The position numbers and the translations under genes are program-made. The notes beneath the pieces were generated by a model. The model did not search any database and was not told the origin of the DNA. It worked only from the letters and a program-made list of their open reading frames with translations. Below are positions 27,619 through 35,624 of a stretch of 64,000 nt of DNA, in pieces (within the stretch, counting starts at the first letter, position 1; the number at the start of each line of letters is the position of its first letter). The stretch comes from a virus (lineage: Duplodnaviria > Caudoviricetes): positions 2,090-66,089 of the IMG/VR virus record IMGVR_UViG_3300025316_000014; one strand, 5' to 3'.

Positions 27619-28227
27619 TCAGCTGTTTGAAAGATCGTCGAAAATAATAGGAATACATTGCTGCAAATCTAATAGCAATGGCGTGATCAGCTCTAACATT
27701 TGATAATGATTATCAGGCGTTGTTCTGATTGCTAAAAAATGCCGCCATTCTCTATAATTCGCTGTCATAATTAATTCTGTTTTTGTGCATAAAGGGAGAA
27801 CTGCTCGTGCATTTTGCCTGGATTCCCCAAGTTCAATCATCTCCATATATGCTGACTCTGCTGCGAGGGTACTTGCTTCCCATATCTTTTCGGCATTAAG
27901 AGATAACCGTAATGGTTTAATTACCTCAATATTGCCCGCGTTATGGTAGTTGCAGAAATACGAACTTTCTTGTGCAAAAGAACAATTCCGATGCCGAGTA
28001 ATTGCATTTGCCGTTGCGCGGTCGGTAATGAACCTGACAGATAATATACTATGTTCAATCATCGCATGATGACCACTACGGATTAATTTTTTCACGAAAG
28101 CTTGTGCAGAATCCGAAGTGATTTTTGCTTCCGATTTATAACACGTTCGCCCAGCCATTTCGATATCATACAGCTCATCCCCCCGGATGGGAGTAAGTAT
28201 ATCATACCGCGGTAATACTATTAACAT
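27619..28227 (-). CDS. thyX: Second, divergent flavin-dependent thymidylate synthase homologue
   Basis: AGRTCYKS, GHHAMIEH, RHRNCSFAQESSYF, ARAVLP..TKTE...TANYREWRHF...R. Confidence 0.85.
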   Translation of the reverse strand: MLIVLPRYDILTPIRGDELYDIEMAGRTCYKSEAKITSDSAQAFVKKLIRSGHHAMIEHSILSVRFITDRATANAITRHRNCSFAQESSYFCNYHNAGNIEVIKPLRLSLNAEKIWEASTLAAESAYMEMIELGESRQNARAVLPLCTKTELIMTANYREWRHFLAIRTTPDNHYQMLELITPLLLDLQQCIPIIFDDLSNS

Positions 28228-28242
28228 GCTATTCTCCTTCCT

Positions 28243-28527
28243 TCACACAGAAACAATGGTGCCATTTTTGAGGTTAATTTTGTCGTTTTCGTGATCGATT
28301 CTTTCGATCTGGTTCCAGGGCATAATCGGCATTTTGTGCCAATCTGTTTCATGAGCATAGCGGTCACAAAGGGTCAGCCCTTTATCTTCGAGAATAAACC
28401 GCTTATGTAAAATAATATTATTCGTTTTGAACACGCGGTTTGTGTCAAAAACTCGGGGGTTGTCGCCGGGACTATGATACTTGTTATCCTCTAACAAATA
28501 TATAATCGCAAGTTCTAATCGTGTCAT
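28243..28527 (-). CDS. Hypothetical protein
   Basis: SD GAGGGAG. Confidence 0.5.
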   Translation of the reverse strand: MTRLELAIIYLLEDNKYHSPGDNPRVFDTNRVFKTNNIILHKRFILEDKGLTLCDRYAHETDWHKMPIMPWNQIERIDHENDKINLKNGTIVSV

Positions 28528-28595
28528 GGTATTACTCCCTCATCTCTGCATTCGCTATCCGATATGCTGCATATAATAACCATTGTGGGTCGCTG

Positions 28596-28916
28596 TCAAT
28601 TCCAATATATTCTCGTCCACATTGTGCGCATGCTACACCGACGGACGCAATTCCGCCGGATCATAATACATCCGCTGTGCCCCCTGAGTAATATGGATAA
28701 TCTTTCCTGCGGAGAATACTGCAATATCTTCATGCCCTCCCAGTGGGCGAATGTGCACAATGTGCAAGTATGTAATTGTTCATTATTAATAATAACATAG
28801 GTAACAATAACTCGGGTATTCCCTTGTAAGCGGAAATGGTGTTCGATATCAACAACTTGCCGTGTTGAGATATGGTTAGTATAAATACCGCCTATTTTAA
28901 TTTCAGACTGTAACAT
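28596..28916 (-). CDS. Hypothetical protein, paralogue of 29133-29459
   Basis: Shared MLxSEIKxGxIY...RxVxxI...YxxCxLxxFAxW. Confidence 0.5.
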   Translation of the reverse strand: MLQSEIKIGGIYTNHISTRQVVDIEHHFRLQGNTRVIVTYVIINNEQLHTCTLCTFAHWEGMKILQYSPQERLSILLRGHSGCIMIRRNCVRRCSMRTMWTRIYWN

Positions 28917-29136
28917 AATCCGCGACTACCTCCTGTGGTACCTGTTTTCCAGTATTCATGGCTCTTCGTACTTCGTCCTCATGATACATTTTGAATTCAA
29001 TATAGGGAGCATTTGGATTATCCCCAATTTCTGGCTGTTTCAATCGTCGGCGTTCTTCTATTTGTATTCGTATCCATTCAGCCTGGGTCACCTGCCACGG
29101 TTCTTTGCCCGCTGTTTCAAATTCGGTTAGTGTCAT
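28903..29136 (-). CDS. Small protein with PWQxT...H...V..A...GK.VP.EV..DY motif
   Basis: Motif recalled from large polyvalent phage proteins. Confidence 0.5.
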   Translation of the reverse strand: MTLTEFETAGKEPWQVTQAEWIRIQIEERRRLKQPEIGDNPNAPYIEFKMYHEDEVRRAMNTGKQVPQEVVADYVTV

Positions 29137-29459
29137 GATATATTCCTCCTGGACATTTGTGCAAGTACGACTAATGGGTTCGCATCAATAATTGCCTGCC
29201 GTTGTTGCTCTTGAAGATATTTTTTGATTTGAATCGCTGGAATTTTTTTCATCGGCAATGTTTGCTCTGGATCAACGTGAATCGCCCATGCGGCAAATAC
29301 AGAAAGTAGGCAAATATATTTTCTTGGGGAATACCGCATATATGAAACAATATATTCAACGACGATTTTCCCGTGCCCATTTTTATGAATATTCATAACT
29401 TTTCGTTTTTGATCAATGCCTTGATATATTATTCCGAGTTTAATTTCAGACAGCAACAT
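29133..29459 (-). CDS. Hypothetical protein, paralogue of 28596-28916
   Basis: Shared N-terminal domain. Confidence 0.55.
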   Translation of the reverse strand: MLLSEIKLGIIYQGIDQKRKVMNIHKNGHGKIVVEYIVSYMRYSPRKYICLLSVFAAWAIHVDPEQTLPMKKIPAIQIKKYLQEQQRQAIIDANPLVVLAQMSRRNIS

Positions 29460-29460
29460 T

Positions 29461-30036
29461 TTATGTTGTCCTTGCTAAATCATCGCATGGCTGATTGAAA
29501 GGAGCGTCAGCAGAGGCATGGGACCGGAACCGCAGCGCTTGCAAATATTCATTTATTTCCGGCGTATATAAATGAAGGTTCATATTCGCTCGTATACATA
29601 AATTCCCACCCATCGGTTCAAGTTGTTCGGCAAGACGACGACCGAATTGTGATCCGCCAATAATTCGATCCATTGGGCGGAGAGCATCAAATGCCGCATA
29701 TTGTTCAGGAGTATAACATTTTGGATAGTAGCCTTCTGGAATTTCTACGACCACGGCATCGAACGCATAATATTCATGTTCAACTTCTTTCCGTGTTACC
29801 CATAATAATGGGTTCTTCGCTAAGTATTGAATTTCTTCAAAAATAGCCAGTGGGCGTTGTGGCGTTTTCCCGGGAAATCGTTTGAAAATTTGGCCAGCAT
29901 AGGTAATATAAATGTCGCCAATCTTCGTCCACCGTAGCCGCAGCCCGTCCTCGCATGAGTCAATTCTTGAACATTTTCCTTTGAAATCACGACGGATCGC
30001 TGCCATGAATAACTCATTATCCTGAATTGCTTTCAT
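29461..30036 (-). CDS. Hypothetical first early gene
   Basis: Downstream of the GTTT-N15-GGGTATAAT promoter at 30071-30099. Confidence 0.6.
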   Translation of the reverse strand: MKAIQDNELFMAAIRRDFKGKCSRIDSCEDGLRLRWTKIGDIYITYAGQIFKRFPGKTPQRPLAIFEEIQYLAKNPLLWVTRKEVEHEYYAFDAVVVEIPEGYYPKCYTPEQYAAFDALRPMDRIIGGSQFGRRLAEQLEPMGGNLCIRANMNLHLYTPEINEYLQALRFRSHASADAPFNQPCDDLARTT

Positions 30037-30956
30037 AATATTTCCTTTGTGTATGTGTGCAGTGTATAGGTATTATACCCTGTTGGGAGGCGGATAAACC
30101 TCTTTCTTTGTTTATTCATGTATTTATTGCACGGGCATATATGCGCGCGAGAGAGTCTTTTTGTTTTGAATCCAGAGGATATTTATTTTAATTGCTATTA
30201 CTATACACACACATATGCTCTTGATTTCAAAAAGGAGGTTTTGGTTTCAAAAAGGGAATTTTGGTTTCAAAATGAGAGTTTTAGTTTCAAAAAAGGAGGT
30301 GATAATTTTGTATAATTTTGTTGTGGTGTAGGGGGTGTTACGCGGACGAAGTTTTGGAAAAGTGACTTTTGCTATTTGTGATATTTTGTACTAATATCTT
30401 TTTCGCATGTTTTATTTTAGTAATAGTGAAGGAAATCGAGTAAGGATTACAGGCATAATGGATAGATTTGTTGTCATGTGTTTGTATGGATGCACATACC
30501 GTTGAACAACTGAACATCTTGTGTATGTATGTGAAAATATTTGTGAGGAATTCTTATTTTTCTTCACTTACATACTATATATATAGATTATCCTGGGCGT
30601 GCATGCACTAGATGTTTAATTGTTGAGTGGTGTGTGTGACTATATACATATACTTATACATATTTATATATATATATTTGAGTTCAAAAAGGGGGTATTT
30701 GTATTAAAAACGTATGTGCGTTGAGTGCGGATCTTATTTGGAGAATGCCGTTTGGAGGAAGGGGAAAGAGGGGAGAATGTATTGATGAGACGATGAAAGG
30801 TGGAATAGCATGGTTATCTTTATTGCGATGGTCTTTATTCTTATGACGCTGCCCTACTCAGCCAAACCACTTTGGCAAATTGTGAACGGAATTGTACGGA
30901 GTAGCGTTTGGATAGCATCCCGTTGGGGTAAACTATAATATTCATCTGGGTGGAGG
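30037..30956. promoter_or_regulatory. Divergent control region (possible origin or packaging end) with promoters, tandem repeats and a long hairpin
   Basis: Coding strand switches here; promoters at 30071-30099 (-) and 30906-30938 (+); TTTCAAAA repeats at 30221-30300. Confidence 0.7.
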
Positions 30957-31241
30957 ATGGTCATGGCAATGGTAGCTGAGTTAACAAAATATACAGAGGC
31001 TAAGAAAGTGTATGCAGAAGTTGTTCAAGAGATTGAAAAACTTGATGCAGAAATTCTTCACTCACGGCAAGCAGATGTTAACGTGTCTTCTTCTCCAGTT
31101 GACCAGTCAAAACCAGGTTACCTTTACCGTGCAAAATCCTCAACGAAAACTGAGGCACTTGAAAAGAAAAAAGAGCAACTTATTCGGGACCGTCAGTCCG
31201 CTTGGGATACGATGATTGCTGCGAAAAAACTTCTCGGATAA
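30957..31241 (+). CDS. Conserved-ends helical ORF family, copy 1
   Basis: TEAKKVY...AWDTMIAAKKLLG. Confidence 0.65.
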   Translation: MVMAMVAELTKYTEAKKVYAEVVQEIEKLDAEILHSRQADVNVSSSPVDQSKPGYLYRAKSSTKTEALEKKKEQLIRDRQSAWDTMIAAKKLLG

Positions 31242-31254
31242 AGGACGAACTATT

Positions 31255-31332
31255 ATGACCATTGAACAATTCAAATCCGCATATGAACAAGCAAAAAAAG
31301 AGTGGAAAGCCGCGAAAGCTATGGTGAAATAA
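31255..31332 (+). CDS. Conserved-ends helical ORF family, copy 2 (25 aa minimal)
   Basis: MTIEQFKSAYEQAKKEWKAAKAMVK; SD AAGGA. Confidence 0.5.
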   Translation: MTIEQFKSAYEQAKKEWKAAKAMVK

Positions 31333-31333
31333 T

Positions 31334-31885
31334 ATGGCAGGCTATTCAGCACTTGTTCCACTTCCAGATAAGGGCGATATTAACTCGGGAGTCAGTCCGA
31401 TGTCTGCTGCATTTCTCATGCAGACATTCGGCAGTCCGGGAGCAAATCCTTCGGATAATTGCGCGCCTGTCACAAATCCAGTAATGAAGCAGAGAATTGT
31501 TACTGTTTCTGTTGGACCGTTTCGGGTAACAGGTGATCGGTTAGCGGTTGCCGATCTCAGAACGATCTTTGCAGATGTCGCGGCGAAGGACGCTAAATTG
31601 TATGCTTCTTTAGGATCGGCGGGCATGTTATGCTTCAGGCATACCCGTGGGTCGACAACAGAATTATCAAATCATTCATGGGGCGATGCGGTTGATTTAA
31701 CCATCAATGGCATTCTCACCCAACGGGGAGCAACACAAATTACCTCGGGTCTCCTTGCTTTGTATCCATATTTCCATGCGGTCGGCTGGTATTGGGGTGC
31801 AGGATTTTCAACGCCGGATGCCATGCACTTTGAAATGGGTTTGGATCGATTAAAATCTCTATATCAACTTGAGTTGAACGGGTGA
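31334..31885 (+). CDS. Endolysin, M15-family peptidase
   Basis: R...SNHSWGDAVDL...WG..F...DAMHFE. Confidence 0.85.
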   Translation: MAGYSALVPLPDKGDINSGVSPMSAAFLMQTFGSPGANPSDNCAPVTNPVMKQRIVTVSVGPFRVTGDRLAVADLRTIFADVAAKDAKLYASLGSAGMLCFRHTRGSTTELSNHSWGDAVDLTINGILTQRGATQITSGLLALYPYFHAVGWYWGAGFSTPDAMHFEMGLDRLKSLYQLELNG

Positions 31886-32304
31886 TGGATATGACGCCCT
31901 TTTATAATATTTTCCATCGGAATGTGAATGAAGAACATGCGGCAAATCTTGCTGGTAAAGGGTGGAATGATAAAATTATTTTTGTCTTGGCTGGAGCGTC
32001 AGCTAGTGGAGTGATGTTCTGGTTTTGTGTTTTGTTGTCAGCAATTCCTTTCGGAATGCCAAAATGGATGGCAGTTATCCTCTTCATCTCAAATACTCTT
32101 CAACTCTGTTATCTCCCTGTTATTCAAATTACTCAAAAGAATAATGGCGAGCATTCTGAACTTCGGGCAGCGGCAGATCATTTGAAACTTCTTGCTTTAT
32201 CGGAAAATCAAAATGAAATAAAAACGGCGCTAACTTCTATTAATGATAAGCTCACTGTATTAAATGATGACCTCATTTTGTTCAATGACAGGCAAAAAAA
32301 ATGA
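31882..32304 (+). CDS. DUF1003-like membrane protein (lysis module)
   Basis: Two TM helices, SNTLQL..LPVI...Q...ELRAAADH, C-terminal coiled coil. Confidence 0.55.
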   Translation: MMDMTPFYNIFHRNVNEEHAANLAGKGWNDKIIFVLAGASASGVMFWFCVLLSAIPFGMPKWMAVILFISNTLQLCYLPVIQITQKNNGEHSELRAAADHLKLLALSENQNEIKTALTSINDKLTVLNDDLILFNDRQKK

Positions 32305-32531
32305 CAGAATTTTTGCGATTGAAAGCGATATATGAACATGCTGTGGCGGAAGAGAAGAGAGTTCGAGAGGAAATTATTTTCAATAACAGGGCGATAGCCC
32401 ATGCAACAACAGCAGCGGAATTAGCCCAAGCTCGGGGGAACAAGATGCGAGCGGAGTTACTTCGTCCTATTGCAGAAGGTAGAACAATGACGGCATGGGA
32501 AAACATGCGAAAAGCTCATCGGGAGCTTTAA
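32301..32531 (+). CDS. Conserved-ends helical ORF family, copy 3 (divergent)
   Basis: MTEF..LKAIYEHA...AWENMRKAHREL. Confidence 0.55.
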   Translation: MTEFLRLKAIYEHAVAEEKRVREEIIFNNRAIAHATTAAELAQARGNKMRAELLRPIAEGRTMTAWENMRKAHREL

Positions 32532-32554
32532 CAGCAAAAAGGAGCATATAAATT

Positions 32555-32992
32555 ATGTCACAGAACATTATTGTCGTTGATCCGACGACAGGCCACGTCG
32601 ACCCGCATAGTATTGCTTGGCAGCATGAGGAAAATATTCTCGGATTATTTCATCCGATTATCACAATTGAAGATAAAGATATTGTCGCGGTTGAAGAGCG
32701 GGTTGATGCTTCTCCGTCAATTCATCCCATTGAATTGTTCGTTGGCGATGTGGCGGTTTTTGCTCATTATAAACAATGGGAAGATGTTGCAAAAGCTTCT
32801 GGGCAGATTATTATCGAAGGCGCGAAACTCGAAATTCCTGAAGTAGCGGCGGCAATCATTGAAGCGGTTGCCCTTATTGAGGTGATTAAGACGAAAAACA
32901 TTCCGGCGATTGAAACCGCGGTGGTGTCTCTTAGTGGGGAACTTTTCAAGCTTATCCCGGAGTTCGCTCTTATTATCACTAAAAAAGTTTAA
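32555..32992 (+). CDS. Hypothetical protein
   Basis: SD AAGGAG; 145 aa. Confidence 0.6.
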   Translation: MSQNIIVVDPTTGHVDPHSIAWQHEENILGLFHPIITIEDKDIVAVEERVDASPSIHPIELFVGDVAVFAHYKQWEDVAKASGQIIIEGAKLEIPEVAAAIIEAVALIEVIKTKNIPAIETAVVSLSGELFKLIPEFALIITKKV

Positions 32993-33061
32993 TAAGGAGC
33001 GTTTACTCTTCCTATGATTGGGTATAAGTAATATATATACCCAATCATAGGGAGCAACTTT

Positions 33062-33268
33062 ATGAACGATGCGATTAAAGGTTTTTTCAAAGGCGGGGAA
33101 GTGGTACTACTCTTCGCCGGCTTTTTATGTAAAGGATTAGCCTTTAATCCACCATTGCCATTTGCCTGGGGAGTTGCTGCAAAAGCCGCCGGGAGTATTT
33201 TATGGGTTGCTTTTGATGGGACGTTCGCTTATTTAATGGTCCCTCTTAATAAAACTATCAAAGAGTAA
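33062..33268 (+). CDS. Holin-like two-TM protein
   Basis: Two hydrophobic segments with charged termini; near the endolysin. Confidence 0.45.
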   Translation: MNDAIKGFFKGGEVVLLFAGFLCKGLAFNPPLPFAWGVAAKAAGSILWVAFDGTFAYLMVPLNKTIKE

Positions 33269-33271
33269 ATC

Positions 33272-33484
33272 ATGACTTATCAGGAAGCAAAAGATAAATA
33301 TGATTATGCAAAAGACGAGTATGCACGAGCAGTAGAAAATCTACAAAAAGTGCAACGTCTTTCTATACATACTGGTAAGACTGGGGAACTCGCAAGACTC
33401 CAAGGAATGGTGGCGGATTTACTTAAGAAAGCGACTGCCGCACGGCGTCAAATGGACGACCTGAGAATGACTGAAAACCTGTGA
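33272..33484 (+). CDS. Conserved-ends helical ORF family, copy 4
   Basis: MTYQEAKDKYDYAK...KATAARRQMDDL. Confidence 0.7.
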   Translation: MTYQEAKDKYDYAKDEYARAVENLQKVQRLSIHTGKTGELARLQGMVADLLKKATAARRQMDDLRMTENL

Positions 33485-33491
33485 GGGTATT

Positions 33492-33707
33492 ATGACAGAA
33501 TTTGAAGCTCGCAAAGCTTATATGACAGCAAAACATGAATATGATATTGCTCGAGCTGAATGGGTTCGTGCATCAAACGCTGGAATGAAATGGGGTGCAA
33601 AATCTATTGACGCATATAAAGCGGATATGGACAGCAAATTGAAAGTTGCTGTTGCCGCGAAAAAGGTTTTGGATAGCGTTGCTGAACCATATATTGAAAA
33701 AGATTGA
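33492..33707 (+). CDS. Conserved-ends helical ORF family, copy 5
   Basis: MTEFEARKAYMTAK...AVAAKKVLDSV. Confidence 0.7.
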   Translation: MTEFEARKAYMTAKHEYDIARAEWVRASNAGMKWGAKSIDAYKADMDSKLKVAVAAKKVLDSVAEPYIEKD

Positions 33708-33716
33708 ATTTCCAAC

Positions 33717-33892
33717 TATGCCTTTACTAGCCGGCTAAGGCCAAAGTGCGCATAACATCAAGTCTCCTATTGCCTAATTTTGTTCTCGTAACAGGACAAA
33801 GACAATGCCTGGAGCGCAACAGAGGAAACCTGATAGATAACCTGAAGTGACACCTACGTAGATAAAGAAGTGGTGCGGCAATCTAGAGAGAC
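33717..33892 (+). ncRNA. Candidate structured non-coding RNA
   Basis: Closing stem GTCTC-CTA-TTGCC/GGCAA-TAG-GAGAC with internal hairpins (see findings). Confidence 0.35.
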
Positions 33893-33918
33893 GGATAATA
33901 CATTTTAGGAGCGACAAA

Positions 33919-34164
33919 ATGCCACATGGATATACTGGAGCACAGCTTACCAGAGCGATGGGGATTACTGGCACACCGAAACAATTTGCTCGTGATGCTT
34001 ATAAAAAAGCTAAAGACGATTATGAAAATTTATTTCATTCTACCATGGCATCCACAATCGGGTTATCAACATCCGATTGTAAAAATTTACCGAATATAAA
34101 AACTGCCTGGCAGAAAGTCGTTGACGCAAAGAAAGTTCTTGACGCTATCAAGGAGCAACCATGA
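33919..34164 (+). CDS. Conserved-ends helical ORF family, copy 6
   Basis: ARDAYKKAK...AWQKVVDAKKVLDAIKE. Confidence 0.7.
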   Translation: MPHGYTGAQLTRAMGITGTPKQFARDAYKKAKDDYENLFHSTMASTIGLSTSDCKNLPNIKTAWQKVVDAKKVLDAIKEQP

Positions 34165-34334
34165 CAAAATCTGAAGCTGAGGTTGCATATAAAAAAGCAG
34201 TGCAAGATTGGAAAAATGCGAAGCTTGAAGTTGAGACAAGCGAAGGGGCAGACGTTCAGCAAACTGCGGCTATTAATAAAGCTTGGCAGAAAGTTCTTGA
34301 TGCTAAGAAAGTTTTGAATGCTATGAAGGAGTAG
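34161..34334 (+). CDS. Conserved-ends helical ORF family, copy 7 (57 aa, not in the ORF track)
   Basis: MTKSEAEVAYKKA...AWQKVLDAKKVLNAMKE; ATGA overlap. Confidence 0.7.
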   Translation: MTKSEAEVAYKKAVQDWKNAKLEVETSEGADVQQTAAINKAWQKVLDAKKVLNAMKE

Positions 34335-34337
34335 GCG

Positions 34338-34604
34338 ATGACGAAATCTGAAGCAAAAAGTATATATGACAATTTGAATAAACAGTGGTCCGATTATGAG
34401 TCATATGTCCAAGCAAAAAAAGATGTCGATTTTAATACAAAGCAAGTTGCGTTAGCTCGTCAGAGTGATCCAAATAAAGTAGCATATTGGCAATCAGAAC
34501 TGGCTGCGGCGACAGCAAAACTTCAGTCTAAAGGCACGCCGAAAAAAGTTACCTATGAGCAGGTTGTCGCGGCACGAAGAATCTTCCAAGGGATGCAAGA
34601 ATAA
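34338..34604 (+). CDS. Conserved-ends helical ORF family, copy 8
   Basis: MTKSEAKSIY...YEQVVAARRIFQGM. Confidence 0.7.
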   Translation: MTKSEAKSIYDNLNKQWSDYESYVQAKKDVDFNTKQVALARQSDPNKVAYWQSELAAATAKLQSKGTPKKVTYEQVVAARRIFQGMQE

Positions 34605-34606
34605 TT

Positions 34607-35167
34607 ATGACTGACGAAATCCCACAAGGAGAAGAACAAGAAATTGACCCTGAAGCGCCGTATGGCCGCAACAGAAATGGAACACCTTTACTCCGCCCTC
34701 CAGTGGATCGTTCTATTCAAAGAGAGCGCCGTGGATATGTCGCGGAGTATTGTCGTAGAGGAATTTATAATACTGCTGAACTGGACCGGTTATTAGATAC
34801 TGAACATGATATCAGAGTACCGGCGCTAACAATCCAAAAGGATGTTAATTTATATCTTCGGCGAGTGATAGAGGAACAGAATATCGGCCGTGCAGCATGG
34901 CAAGCCAGGTTGATTGATCGATTAGTCGCTGGACAGCAAGCTATTTTCGCTCGGATTCAAAGGGGGGATGATCGGGCAATTCATTCTGAAATTGCAATTC
35001 AACGGCGCATTTCTGAAATGCTTGGACTTGATGCAACACCTAATGACCGGACAGAAGATTTTGGCGCACAATTGAATGAATTAATCAATGCTCAAGATAT
35101 CGCGATGGGCAAAGTTCCTTCTCCTCCCTCTGGAGTGAATACGTCCTCAGAGGTCACTGAAATATAA
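34607..35167 (+). CDS. Terminase small subunit (probable)
   Basis: HTH-like N-terminus, RR..MLGLDA motif, upstream of TerL. Confidence 0.6.
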   Translation: MTDEIPQGEEQEIDPEAPYGRNRNGTPLLRPPVDRSIQRERRGYVAEYCRRGIYNTAELDRLLDTEHDIRVPALTIQKDVNLYLRRVIEEQNIGRAAWQARLIDRLVAGQQAIFARIQRGDDRAIHSEIAIQRRISEMLGLDATPNDRTEDFGAQLNELINAQDIAMGKVPSPPSGVNTSSEVTEI

Positions 35168-35178
35168 AGGAATAAATC

Positions 35179-35367
35179 ATGACGGAAGCTGAAGCGAGAA
35201 AGGTATGGACTGATGCGAAGTCGGCATACCAGATGGCAGTATCCACACATAGTGATGGGAAAGTTATTTCAAAAGCATGGAATGACATTATAGCAGCAAA
35301 GCGTGCCCTTGACGCGATTATCTCAAAAGCTACAACTAACCGCTTCCCCGGAGTGTTTGGGCAATAA
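35179..35367 (+). CDS. Conserved-ends helical ORF family, copy 9
   Basis: MTEAEARKVWTDAK...AWNDIIAAKRALDAI. Confidence 0.7.
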   Translation: MTEAEARKVWTDAKSAYQMAVSTHSDGKVISKAWNDIIAAKRALDAIISKATTNRFPGVFGQ

Positions 35368-35407
35368 CTACAACTAACTGCTTAAGAAAACTGTTAAGGA
35401 GTAAATC

Positions 35408-35581
35408 ATGACGAAAGCAGAAGTACAAAAAGTATATGATGCTGCGAAAGCGGAGTATTTAACTACAGGCAAAGCATAAACTGATATTGATGAAACCGTC
35501 CGCAAAGCACTTGATGCAGAAACAACTGCTGGCCGTCCTAGAATTTGTCCACCTAATTTAGCACAGAAAGCGGAGCGGTGA
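35408..35581 (+). pseudogene. Conserved-ends helical ORF family, copy 10 (TAA at 35477-35479)
   Basis: MTKAEVQKVYDAAKAEYLTTGKA*TDIDETVRKALDA; 5' end nearly identical to copy 11. Confidence 0.55.
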
Positions 35582-35624
35582 TGATGAAACCGTCCGCGAA
35601 GCACTGGGATGCAAAAGGTTAACC

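Noticed and set aside
30118-30315. 65-aa ORF in the control region
   Set aside because: No SD and it runs through the tandem repeats; likely spurious.
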